Part shown: positions 44,048 to 53,189 of the stretch, one piece after another
Position numbering within the stretch: the first letter of the stretch is position 1
How the letters are laid out: the number at the start of each line of letters is the position of its first letter
Source: Acidimicrobiia bacterium
GTDB taxonomy: Bacteria > Actinomycetota > Acidimicrobiia > IMCC26256 > JAENVU01
Reading direction: 5' to 3'
DNA: 64,000 nt
NCBI GenBank assembly: GCA_031422675.1
Contig: JANPMG010000041.1
Location: 7,166-71,165 of the forward strand
Notes under the pieces: generated by a model
Seen by the model: only the letters and a program-made list of their open reading frames with translations
What the model was told of the DNA's origin: nothing
The model's database searches: none
Position numbers and translations under genes: made by a program

Positions 44048-45271
44048 TCAGACCTCGGCTCGGTCGGTGAGCCAGCCGAGGATCTGCTCGTAGATGTCGA
44101 GAATGCGGTCGCCGTACTCGTCAGCCGTGGCCCAGGTGTGGGTGAGACCGTCCCAGGTGGGCACTGATCCCTTGAGGCTGTGTCGATCGAGGTTGGCCAC
44201 CACGGGCGGTGGGTTGAACGACGCGTTCGTGGCCGCCGGGTCCGCGTATATACGGAGCTGCTGGAGTTGGGCGCGCACGCCGGTCCGGGCGTCGACGAAA
44301 CCCCGGCCGCGAGCGCAACTGTCGCACGCGTCCATGCCGGCAAAGTTGTTGTCGGTCGGAGTCAGCTGCCCGCCGTCCGGGAAATAGAAGCTCGCGGTCT
44401 CGAGGATCGATTGCGCGAACGCGATGTCGCCCCGCACCTGGGCCGCCTGTCCCTCTTCGATGAAGAAGCGCGTCAGTTCTTCCATCGGCACCGTGATCCG
44501 CGCCCCCCGGCGCCGCGTGGCGAGGAACCACTGGGTGAGTTCGGCGGGCCCGATGATCGAACGACTCATGATGGGCGTGTTGACCCCGGATGCGATCGAC
44601 TGCCACCGCGCGAGCCAGTACCGAGCACGCGAGACGCCCGCCTGGAGTTCCTCGATCCGCGCGTTTCGATTCGGGATCTCGGTCTGGAGATCCGCGATGA
44701 CGCCGCGCAGCCGCTGCGTTTCGTCGCCGGCGTCACGCGCCGCGAGCGCGGCGCGCGTGCGGGCGCGGTTGGCCTGCTTCACGACCCGCGATTCCCGATC
44801 GCCGACGACCGACACGATCTTCTGGCGATATCCGTACTCGACCGCGGAGCGAGATCGGAGCATCCGGAGGATCACGGTCGGATTCCCGGCGTCGCGGTAG
44901 TACGCGCCGGCCAGCGCGCCGACCCGAGCGCGTGCCGCGCGATACGCGTTCTTCGTGTCGATCTCGATTCGGCCGAGGAGGTCGGCTCGGGCGAGTGCCG
45001 CGTTCTCCGCCAGGCGCGTCGCCGCCAAGCGCTGCTGCGCAAGGTCTCGGCGTGACTGCTCGGCGGCGCGGGCGTCCGCGCGATTCGCCACGAGCGATTC
45101 CAGCCCGGCGATCCGCGCGGCCACCCCATCAGCAGGCGCGGCAGGCACCGGCACGCGAGGGCGCGCGGGGCTCGCGGCGGCCGTCGAGGCGACCTCGAAG
45201 GCCATGCTCATCAGGAGCGCGACGGCCACGCAGCAGAACCAAGAACGACGCACGAGGCCAGTGATCGACAT
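44048..45271 (-). CDS. secreted coiled-coil protein with a C-terminal glucosaminidase-like hydrolase domain (paralogue of the 36766 domain)
   Basis: Signal peptide, then about 200 aa rich in A/R/E/Q heptad-like sequence, then GDIAFAQSILETASFYF...NNFAGMDACDSCARGRGF...GVRAQLQQLRIYADP. This parallels GDLAFAQSVVETGYFGF...NYAGMGACDSCNSGRQF...GIRAQIQHLKNFADP. Confidence 0.75.
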   Translation of the reverse strand: MSITGLVRRSWFCCVAVALLMSMAFEVASTAAASPARPRVPVPAAPADGVAARIAGLESLVANRADARAAEQSRRDLAQQRLAATRLAENAALARADLLGRIEIDTKNAYRAARARVGALAGAYYRDAGNPTVILRMLRSRSAVEYGYRQKIVSVVGDRESRVVKQANRARTRAALAARDAGDETQRLRGVIADLQTEIPNRNARIEELQAGVSRARYWLARWQSIASGVNTPIMSRSIIGPAELTQWFLATRRRGARITVPMEELTRFFIEEGQAAQVRGDIAFAQSILETASFYFPDGGQLTPTDNNFAGMDACDSCARGRGFVDARTGVRAQLQQLRIYADPAATNASFNPPPVVANLDRHSLKGSVPTWDGLTHTWATADEYGDRILDIYEQILGWLTDRAEV

Positions 45272-45417
45272 ACGAACAGACGATCTTCACACAGGTTCGC
45301 CGGCGGTCCTGGGCAGTCCGGACCGAGTTTCATTCAAGATTTTCCCGGCATAGTGCCGAATCCACTCATACCTCACCGAGACCGTGCTCCGTCATCACCG
45401 CCCCCGCGAGGACCACA

Positions 45418-46752
45418 TTGTTCATTTTCTTCCTGCAATTGCGCGACACCCTCAACGGTGGTCGGCTCTACGTCTTCACCGTCCTCGTCGCCATGACGTG
45501 GGCGCTCTGGGCCATCAAAGTGCGGTTGTCCCGGCGGTATCAGCCCTGGGTCGGTGACTACACCACCACCGCGTCGGTGATCATCCCGGTGGTCGACGAG
45601 CCCGTCGGACTGTTCCACGAAGTGCTCGATCACATCACCGAGCAAACGCCGCATCAGGTCATCGTCGTCATCAACGGGCCACGAAACCCGAAGCTGGAGG
45701 CGGTCTGCGCCGCGTACCCGGGGGTCGAGTGGATCTGGACGTCGGTTCCGGGCAAGCGCAACGCCATCCGTGAGGGCTTGGCGGTGAGTACGGGCGAGAT
45801 CGTCGTCCTGGTGGACAGCGACACGATCTGGACCACCGCCACGTTGCGCGAACTCATGAAGCCGTTCGCCGATTCCGACGTGGGCGGGGTGACCACCAAC
45901 CAGCGGATCATCGACGCGGAGCGCAACGTGCTCACGCGCTGGGCCGACTGGTTGGAGAACATCCGGGTGCAATATTCGATGCCGGCGATGAGCGTGCTCG
46001 GCCAGGTGGGTTGCCTCCCCGGCCGCACGATCGCGTTCCGTCACTCGGTCCTCACCGACGCGATGCCGGCGTTCCTCAGCGAACGATTTCTCGGGATCTT
46101 CCTCGAGGTGAGCGACGACCGCACGCTCACCAACCTCTGCCTGAAGCAGGGCTACCGCTCGGTCTATCAATCGACGAGCCTCGTGTACACGGACGCGCCG
46201 GTGGGTATCCGCAAGATGGCCAAGCAACAGATGCGCTGGGCACGCGGCAGTCAGTACAACACGCTGCGAATGCTGCCGTGGATGGTGCGCAACACGCCGA
46301 TGCTCGCGGTGTTCTACGTGACCGACATCCTGACGCCGTTCCTGTGGCTCGCCACCGTGACCGGCCTCATCGTGCGACTGCTCCTCGGCGAGAACATCAA
46401 TCTCTACGAGGGCATCACGTTCGGTTACGGCGCGATCATCGGCGTGGCCCTGATTCTCACGCTCACGCTGCTCGCCACCTGGCTCTCCGCGTACATCCGT
46501 CAGGTGCGCCATTTCGAGGACCATCCGCGTGACCTCTGGCTGCTGCCGGCGTTCACCTTGCTGAACACGTTCATGCTCATGCCGATCCGCATCTGGGGTT
46601 TCATGCGCATGGCGCGCAACGACGGCTGGGGCACGCGCGCCAATGCGTTCAACGGTGACGAGGTGAAAGCCCGCCACCGGAATCCGTGGGGCGCCGTTCC
46701 GTATGTCCTCGCGTCCGTCCTCGTCTTCGCCGGAGTTGCCTACCATGGGTAG
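45418..46752 (+). CDS. processive family-2 glycosyltransferase (polysaccharide synthase, NodC/HAS/CslA-like)
   Basis: Flanking TM helices, a DSD motif (VLVDSDT) and the Q-x-x-R-W motif (QQMRWARGS). TTG start at 45418. Confidence 0.85.
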   Translation: MFIFFLQLRDTLNGGRLYVFTVLVAMTWALWAIKVRLSRRYQPWVGDYTTTASVIIPVVDEPVGLFHEVLDHITEQTPHQVIVVINGPRNPKLEAVCAAYPGVEWIWTSVPGKRNAIREGLAVSTGEIVVLVDSDTIWTTATLRELMKPFADSDVGGVTTNQRIIDAERNVLTRWADWLENIRVQYSMPAMSVLGQVGCLPGRTIAFRHSVLTDAMPAFLSERFLGIFLEVSDDRTLTNLCLKQGYRSVYQSTSLVYTDAPVGIRKMAKQQMRWARGSQYNTLRMLPWMVRNTPMLAVFYVTDILTPFLWLATVTGLIVRLLLGENINLYEGITFGYGAIIGVALILTLTLLATWLSAYIRQVRHFEDHPRDLWLLPAFTLLNTFMLMPIRIWGFMRMARNDGWGTRANAFNGDEVKARHRNPWGAVPYVLASVLVFAGVAYHG

Positions 46753-48304
46753 TACTCGCTCGACCCACCTGCGTCTGATGGGCGCGCTGCTCGCGGGCAT
46801 CGGACTCTTCGTCTACACCGCACCAGCTCCGCCGAGCGCCGACACCCTCGCGGCGGCGTCGGCCGCCAGCGCGAGCCCGGTCCTGGGCACACCGTCGGCG
46901 AACGGGAAAGCGCGCGGCGCCGCGGCTCGGGCCAACGTCCGCGGCGCGAGCGCGCCCGGCACCGACGCGCTCGACGGTGGTGCGGCGAAACCGGCTTCCT
47001 CCACCGCACCGGCGCCATCGCCCGCCGCGAAGAAACCGGCGCGGGCCACCGGCGGAGTTCGCGCCGCATCGCGCCCGTCCGCAAGCGGACGGCGCCCGGC
47101 GACTACCACGACCACCCGCCCCGTACCCTCGCCGCCACCACCTCGGTGCAGCAGCTTCCGTTGGCAGCAGGACGCGCAGGCGGCGTACGTGGCCGATCTC
47201 AACGACCCGTTCGGACTCGACGGTCCGCCCGGACCGATGGACGACGACGGGATCGCGTGCTCGCTCCTCCCCGTGGACCCGAATCGACCGCCGTCCACGC
47301 CCGCGGGACCGCGCCCGCCGGATCCGCCCCAGCCCGAAGGGCTCCCCGAAACCCCGACCGTCGCGCAGGTCCTGTCCCCCACCAACAACTACTTCGGCGT
47401 GTCCACCCCGCAGGCGCCGTACGACTGGAAGGACTTCCAGATCTTCGCCGCCGCGGCGCAGAAGTTGCCGAGCCTGGTGCAGTTCTTCCAGGGCTGGGAT
47501 CGAGAGTTCCCGCGCGACGCGGTGATCGAGACCTGGCGGCGGGGCGCGCTGCCCACCATCTCGTGGGAACCCCGGCCGACGGTGCAGCCCGTCGGTCCGG
47601 ACAGCGACAACACCCAGGAGCCGGGATACGCGCTGGCCGCCATCATCGACGGCACCCACGACGAGTACATCGACCGGTTCGCCACCGCGGTCCGCGATCT
47701 CGGACTGCCCGTGGCCATCCGGTTCGCGCACGAGATGAACGGCAACTGGTTCCCTTGGAGCGAGGAGCGCAATGGCAACGACCGGGGCGAGTACGTGGCC
47801 GCGTGGCGCCATGTCCATGACCGGTTCACTGCGCTCGGTGCCACGAACGCCATCTGGATCTGGAGCCCGAACGTGGTCACCGCACGGCCGAACGTACGTC
47901 TCGCACCGCTCTACCCCGGCGACGACTACGTCGACTGGATGGGCATGGTGGGTTACTACCGGCGCGTGTACTTCGACGACAAGGGCCACCCGAAGGAGCC
48001 GACGTTCGCGAACACCTACGGGTCCACGCTCGCCGAGCTCCGCGCGGTGGCGGTGAAGCCGATCGTGATCACCGAGCTGGGTGCCACCGAAGTCGGTGGC
48101 AACAAGCCAGCCTGGATTCGCAGCCTGTTCCAAGGGCTCGCCGCGAACCCGGACGTCATCGGCTTCGTCTGGTTCGATCACAGCGTGAACGGCAACGACT
48201 GGCGCATCGAATCCTCCCGCGCCGCCACCGAGGCCTTCGCCACCGACATCGCCGATCCCCGGTACCAGGCGGGCAAGATCCGGCCACCGAAACCGGGCGG
48301 GTAG
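46745..48304 (+). CDS. secreted GH26-like glycoside hydrolase with an N-terminal Excalibur Ca-binding domain
   Basis: Signal/TM segment. Excalibur-like CSSFRWQQDAQAAYVADLNDPFGLDGPPGPMDDDGIACS. GH26 acid/base motif FAHEMNGNWFPW and nucleophile ITELG. The ATG overlaps the GT2 stop by 8 nt. Confidence 0.8.
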   Translation: MGSTRSTHLRLMGALLAGIGLFVYTAPAPPSADTLAAASAASASPVLGTPSANGKARGAAARANVRGASAPGTDALDGGAAKPASSTAPAPSPAAKKPARATGGVRAASRPSASGRRPATTTTTRPVPSPPPPRCSSFRWQQDAQAAYVADLNDPFGLDGPPGPMDDDGIACSLLPVDPNRPPSTPAGPRPPDPPQPEGLPETPTVAQVLSPTNNYFGVSTPQAPYDWKDFQIFAAAAQKLPSLVQFFQGWDREFPRDAVIETWRRGALPTISWEPRPTVQPVGPDSDNTQEPGYALAAIIDGTHDEYIDRFATAVRDLGLPVAIRFAHEMNGNWFPWSEERNGNDRGEYVAAWRHVHDRFTALGATNAIWIWSPNVVTARPNVRLAPLYPGDDYVDWMGMVGYYRRVYFDDKGHPKEPTFANTYGSTLAELRAVAVKPIVITELGATEVGGNKPAWIRSLFQGLAANPDVIGFVWFDHSVNGNDWRIESSRAATEAFATDIADPRYQAGKIRPPKPGG

Positions 48305-48327
48305 GAAACTGCAGGCGGAGCCGAGGT

Positions 48328-48984
48328 TCAGAGCAGGTACGTGCCGAGCTCGATTGCTGCATTCGCGACGGCCGCTTCGAGTCCCGGATCCGCCAAAGTC
48401 CGGCTGGTGAGCGGCGACGCCGAGAATACGGCGGCACCGCGATCCCACAGCGCGAGGCATTTGCCGGGGCCCCAGACCGAGGATCCGAAGGCCACTCCGT
48501 GCACGCGCAGCTGTTCGGCATATATCGCTCTCGCCCACTCCCGAGCCCGCGAACGTCGACCGCTCACAATCGCCTGGTTCCCTCCGGCTCGGGTGACCCA
48601 ACCGGTGTCGAGGTTCAACAGCTCAACGTCCGCCGCAGTCACGAACTGGGTGATCGCCGGCTGTCGAGTGAACCGATCTATCGGACCCACACCGCCGTTG
48701 CCATCTTGGAAATACTCGGCGAGAGCCGCAACGAAACGCTTGGACCCGTCGGTCAGATACGCGATCGATCGAGTGGGATGGCGTCGTGGCGGTTCGGTGT
48801 GATGATCGAACCGGCTCGTGGTGGGTCCGAAGTGACGCATCTCGTTCCAGGCGGTGGGATGGCGCCCGCCGAGCGGATGGATTCGCACCACGCGCGTCCC
48901 GGCGCGGACACGCGTGATCTCGCTCTCGCGGATCGCCGTTGCCGCAATTCGCACCCGGTTGGGCGCACCCAGGCGCTCACTCAA
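48328..48984 (-). CDS. RES-domain toxin (NAD+-targeting, MbcT/ParT-like family)
   Basis: Candidate R (TSRFDH), E (ALAEYF) and S (FGSSVW) positions in the usual order. There is a 4-nt overlap with the upstream Xre/DUF2384-like gene. Confidence 0.75.
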   Translation of the reverse strand: MSERLGAPNRVRIAATAIRESEITRVRAGTRVVRIHPLGGRHPTAWNEMRHFGPTTSRFDHHTEPPRRHPTRSIAYLTDGSKRFVAALAEYFQDGNGGVGPIDRFTRQPAITQFVTAADVELLNLDTGWVTRAGGNQAIVSGRRSRAREWARAIYAEQLRVHGVAFGSSVWGPGKCLALWDRGAAVFSASPLTSRTLADPGLEAAVANAAIELGTYLL

Positions 48985-49673
48985 AGGTCAGCGGCGAGTT
49001 CGGCCACCACCTGCGGCCGGCCGCCAGTTTGAAGCCAGACGACCGGCGCCACGGGAACATCGCCGATCACCAAATCAACCGACGGCGAAACAAACCAGTG
49101 GTCGACCACCAGCGGATGAAGGTCGCGGTCGAGTGCGGCGAGGACATCGCGAAGTCCAGGCAGCGTGCCGTCGGGAACGAACTGCCAGACGGGGAAGTAG
49201 CGCGTCTCGTTCTGGCGAAACGAGTAGAGGCTCCGGTCGCGCAGCCGTTGACTGATCCGGGAGCGGTCGACGTTCAAGCGCGAGGCAACTGCGCCGTCAC
49301 CTTCGAGTGACCGCAGCACCAGATCCGCGTATGCCGTCGCCGCGTTCAGGGCGTCCTGTTCCGTCGCTCCGCGGGCAAACGAAGCACCGGCATCTGCCCA
49401 GAGCGCGAGCTCTGCGTCTGGCAACGCGGTGTTTCGCGGGCGTTCGATCCGCTCCCACAGCACCGCAGCGATCGTGGCGATCCCACCCGGAAGCGCGACT
49501 GCGGGGCCGCCGATGACCGCCGACCCAGCGCTCACTCCAGCCCCCAGCAGCAAAGCGATCTCTCCGAACGAATGGCTGGTTTCTGGGTGCTCGTCGATAA
49601 ACCGTGAGGCAGCTTCCGCAAGGTTGACTGCCTCTTCGGGCATCGACTCAAGGGTCCTCACGTGATGAGCCAT
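48981..49673 (-). CDS. Xre-like antitoxin with a C-terminal RES-binding (DUF2384/MbcA-like) domain and an unusually long N-terminus
   Basis: HTH-like AVASRLNVDRSRISQRLRD. The C-terminus is HWFVSPSVDLVIGDVPVAPVVWLQTGGRPQVVAELAADL. The N-terminal roughly 110 aa contain Gly/Ala-rich hydrophobic stretches. The start is uncertain. Confidence 0.65.
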   Translation of the reverse strand: MAHHVRTLESMPEEAVNLAEAASRFIDEHPETSHSFGEIALLLGAGVSAGSAVIGGPAVALPGGIATIAAVLWERIERPRNTALPDAELALWADAGASFARGATEQDALNAATAYADLVLRSLEGDGAVASRLNVDRSRISQRLRDRSLYSFRQNETRYFPVWQFVPDGTLPGLRDVLAALDRDLHPLVVDHWFVSPSVDLVIGDVPVAPVVWLQTGGRPQVVAELAADL

Positions 49674-49763
49674 TGTGAAATCATATCACCGGTTCCCAGT
49701 GATAAAGACGAGGTTGCTCTGCAACCCAGCGCAACACAATCGTTCGCCCGGTTCGTTGCTCGG

Positions 49764-51599
49764 CTAGATGTCGCTTGCCATGGAGCGATAGCGGTCGCGG
49801 CCGTCGATGATGGTTCGACGCCGAGCCGAGACCAGGTAATCCGTCGACTGGAGCAGTGACCACGCGCGGCCGTCGTACCGGATACCCGCCGCTTTGAGGA
49901 GTGTTGCCGCGCGTTGGTTGATACTCCCACCCTTCATCCCGAAGTGTTCCAGGAAATCCTTCTGGAACATGCCGCCCAAGTAGGTGGACCGGAACAGGTC
50001 GTTGTCTTTGCCGATGACCCACACCACCGCCGCCGCCGCAGTGTCAGCGCGACCCTTGCGGCGGAAGATCGTGGGATCACCGGCGGCCACGCGTGCGAGG
50101 AAACGACGCGACGCGGTGCGATGTTCCACATCGAGGATGCGGTCGCACACATCGTCCACGATCGTGAGGACTTCTTGGACCCGCTCGTGGGTGTCGGGCG
50201 CGATGCCCTCCCAACGGAATGGCTCGTTCGGGAGCGGCCTCACGTTCAGCGCGTCGAGCACCGCGTTTCCACCGACCGTGGCCGCAAGTCCGTCGAGCAT
50301 CGCGGTCACTGGGTCGGGGAGGGCGAGATCCTCGAAGAAGCCGAGGTCACCGAAATCGACGATGGTGGAGTAGGCCGGAGTTCCACCGGGGCTGATGGCT
50401 CCGAAGGCTTTCATTGCTTCGAGGAGTGCGACGGGACCCTGCGGTCGCGGCGAACGGATCAGCTCGAGGTACTGCGGTTCATAGGCATCGACGCTGGCGA
50501 TGGTCGTGTCGGTGAGTGCCGGCGTGATGTGCCGCTCGGCATGGCAATACCGAACGAAGGCGCGTAACACCGAAGGCGCGGTAGCGAGGCGTTCGGCGTC
50601 GGCGATGATCTTGCGAGGGAGCCAGTCCAAAAGGAAAATCTCCACCGAGGTTGGGCTCCAACGCAGTGGATCGCACGGTCCGTACCCCGAGCTGTACCAG
50701 AGCAGCGAGCCGACCATGTCCCGTCCGTCCTCGGCGTCGAACGGAGTGGCGAACTCACTTGCGAAGAAGCGATCCTCGATTTCGGTGAGCTGACGCTCGC
50801 TCCACTCCGGGTGGTCATACCCGGTGCCTCCATCAGGAAGTTCGCGGGTGATCCACTCGACGAACGGACGACACGCGGGCCAACTCTCGGACTCGAAGGG
50901 TGGGATCGTCTGCGCGCCGCGCTCGATCGCTTCGGTGATGCGTACCTTCGCGTCGGCGAGCGGGATCTCGTTCCACTGGGTGTCGTCATCGTGGATCTCG
51001 CGCTGGTAGAGCGCGCAGACTTCGTCGATCGACTGCGGCACCGGGAACGCGTCCTTCACAACGGTCCCCGAGTTGTGGTCGATGTACACGTTGAACGTGA
51101 AGTCGAAACCGGCGATGGTCGTGCCCACCATCACGTTGTCGCCGTCGCCCAGCACGTGGACCATCTCCATGGCTCTGGTGATCTGTACGGCTTCGAGCAT
51201 GAGCGCCCAGTCCGGCAGATCATGCGTGCGCACGAGCAGCTCGGCGAGGATCGCGGTGCGCAACCGGACGTCCGCGACGAGCGGCGCGCATGCTGCGAGC
51301 AGAGCCGTGGTCTCGCGCGTGTCGATCCCGATGAACGCGTCGATGAGCAGTTCGAGAGTGGGTTCGTCAGTAGGTTCGCTGCGTTCGAACGGATTCCGGC
51401 TCCGTGGGTCGAGCGCGGCGATCATCGTGCTTGCATGGGCGATGAGTTCGTACGGGTGATCGTCGGCGAGCGCATCGGCAATCTCCTTGCCGAGGTCGTC
51501 GTCGTTCTGGTTCGTCGCTCTGCGCTGGGTACGACTGTGCTGCGGCCGGGTCGGGCCCTTCCGGCTCGGCTTGTTGTGCCGTCCACGCTTCTTGGGCAT
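49764..51599 (-). CDS. hypothetical protein (611 aa) with a strongly basic N-terminus; the C-terminal region resembles DUF6398-type domains
   Basis: ATG 51599 (MPKKRGRHNKPSRKGPTRPQHSRTQRR...). There is no Walker or nuclease motif that I could see. The C-terminus FRRKGRADTAAAAVVWVIGKDNDLF...FGMKGGSINQRAATLLKAAGI recalls DUF6398 from memory only. Confidence 0.6.
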   Translation of the reverse strand: MPKKRGRHNKPSRKGPTRPQHSRTQRRATNQNDDDLGKEIADALADDHPYELIAHASTMIAALDPRSRNPFERSEPTDEPTLELLIDAFIGIDTRETTALLAACAPLVADVRLRTAILAELLVRTHDLPDWALMLEAVQITRAMEMVHVLGDGDNVMVGTTIAGFDFTFNVYIDHNSGTVVKDAFPVPQSIDEVCALYQREIHDDDTQWNEIPLADAKVRITEAIERGAQTIPPFESESWPACRPFVEWITRELPDGGTGYDHPEWSERQLTEIEDRFFASEFATPFDAEDGRDMVGSLLWYSSGYGPCDPLRWSPTSVEIFLLDWLPRKIIADAERLATAPSVLRAFVRYCHAERHITPALTDTTIASVDAYEPQYLELIRSPRPQGPVALLEAMKAFGAISPGGTPAYSTIVDFGDLGFFEDLALPDPVTAMLDGLAATVGGNAVLDALNVRPLPNEPFRWEGIAPDTHERVQEVLTIVDDVCDRILDVEHRTASRRFLARVAAGDPTIFRRKGRADTAAAAVVWVIGKDNDLFRSTYLGGMFQKDFLEHFGMKGGSINQRAATLLKAAGIRYDGRAWSLLQSTDYLVSARRRTIIDGRDRYRSMASDI

Positions 51600-51764
51600 C
51601 GAGTTCGAGCGTAGGTGAAGAGATCGCGATCTGGCTGAGGTGAAACTCGTGGACGTCTTCCTTGGTGTGGCGGGCTTCGATGGCGACGCCGTCAACGCCG
51701 TTGTGGGCGTCCTCCGAGACCGACCCCAGACGCAGAAAATATCGAAGATATCTGGCATTTTCGC

Positions 51765-51794
51765 TTGCGCAACGAGCGCGTGTTCGGGTATACT
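51765..51794 (+). promoter_or_regulatory. sigma-70-like promoter TTGCGC-N18-TATACT upstream of the DUF222/HNH gene
   Basis: Hexamers read directly. An ATATC-GAA-GATAT palindrome (51739-51751) lies just upstream. Confidence 0.45.
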
Positions 51795-51898
51795 TTCGGG
51801 ACTTCCCCACCGCACTTCCCCGTGCATTTGTCGGTCTGGATCCGGGTCGCCGGTCCACTGCCCGAACGCCCGTCGTCGTCACGCCCGGGCGCCAGCCA

Positions 51899-53179
51899 AT
51901 GTCTGAGGGAGGTCCCGTGCTCGATCAGTTACAACACACCGTTGCGTCGACACGCGGCCTCGTGGCGCACCTCGACACCGCGCGGCTCTCCGGGTGCGAG
52001 GCGCGAACTGCGGTGACCGCGTTCGTCGAACTCGAACGGCTCGCGGCGGCCGGTCGGACGCTCGCCATCGCACGGATGACCGAGACCAACACCGGGCCCG
52101 GCGACGACTCGCACCGAGACGTGGAATCCTGGCTCGCCGCCATCGCCGGCACATCGGTCGGCGCCGCGAGAGGCGCGGTAGGCACCGCGCAACGGGTGCG
52201 GAAACTTCCGGCGACGGCCGATGCGTTACGCAAAGGGAAACTCTCACCCACCCAAGCCGACGCAGTGAGCGCGGCGGCGAAGGCCGACCCGACTGCGGAA
52301 GATCAGCTGTTGGAGAAAGCACAGAGTTCCGGCGTCCGCGGCCTCAAGGCGGAGTGCGATCGGGTGACCGCCGCCGCGCAGAGTCGAGCTCGCGAGCTCG
52401 ACAACTACGAACGGATCCGCGCCAACCGATCACTCCGCCATCGCACCCTGCCCGACGGAACCGGCGCCATCGACATCCGCGGTCCAGTCGACCGCACCGC
52501 GCAGATCATGGCCAGTCTCGAAGCCATCGAGCGGGAACTGTTCGAACGCAACCGGCAGGCCAAGAACATCGAACACCCCGAGGCCGTCGCGTTCGACGCG
52601 CTCGTCGCACTCTGCACCCGCGCCAGGGGCGAAACCGCCGCCGATCCAGACGATGGCCCCGAAGCGGACGGCGCGCCAACTGCGCCCGGATCGACCCCGC
52701 CGAAGACCAGGACGCGCGGTGGTCGACCGCTGGCGATGGTCGTACTGCACATCTCGCACGCTGCGTATGCACGCGGTGTTACCCACCGCGGTGAGATCTG
52801 CGAGATCGAAGGCATCGGACCGGTCCCGGTCGCAGTCGCCCGCAGACTCGCTGCCGACAGCATCGTGAAGGCGGTCGTGATCGACGGGGTCGACGTGACC
52901 CGCGTCGCGCATTTCGGTCGCACGATTCCGGCGCATCTACGCACCGCAGTCGAGACCCGCGACCGAACCTGTGTCATCGCGGGATGCGAGATCGACCGCC
53001 ATCTGGAGATCGACCACAACGTCCCGATCGCGATGCGGGGCGAGACCTCGCTCGTGAACCTGGGCCGGGTCTGCCATCACCATCACGACCTCAAGACCCG
53101 CCGAGACCTGCGCCGGATCGGTCCCCTCGGCCATCAGCGTCTCGTCACCACCGGCGAGTACGGCCGGGCCGGCCCGTAG
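51899..53179 (+). CDS. DUF222 / HNH endonuclease family protein (REP13E12-like)
   Basis: The C-terminal RDRTCVIAGCEIDRHLEIDHNVP...LVNLGRVCHHHHDLKT is the HNH motif. The N-terminal alpha-helical DUF222-like region carries the typical ARLSGCEA...ELERL pattern. Confidence 0.85.
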   Translation: MSEGGPVLDQLQHTVASTRGLVAHLDTARLSGCEARTAVTAFVELERLAAAGRTLAIARMTETNTGPGDDSHRDVESWLAAIAGTSVGAARGAVGTAQRVRKLPATADALRKGKLSPTQADAVSAAAKADPTAEDQLLEKAQSSGVRGLKAECDRVTAAAQSRARELDNYERIRANRSLRHRTLPDGTGAIDIRGPVDRTAQIMASLEAIERELFERNRQAKNIEHPEAVAFDALVALCTRARGETAADPDDGPEADGAPTAPGSTPPKTRTRGGRPLAMVVLHISHAAYARGVTHRGEICEIEGIGPVPVAVARRLAADSIVKAVVIDGVDVTRVAHFGRTIPAHLRTAVETRDRTCVIAGCEIDRHLEIDHNVPIAMRGETSLVNLGRVCHHHHDLKTRRDLRRIGPLGHQRLVTTGEYGRAGP

Positions 53180-53189
53180 TCTCGGCCGG

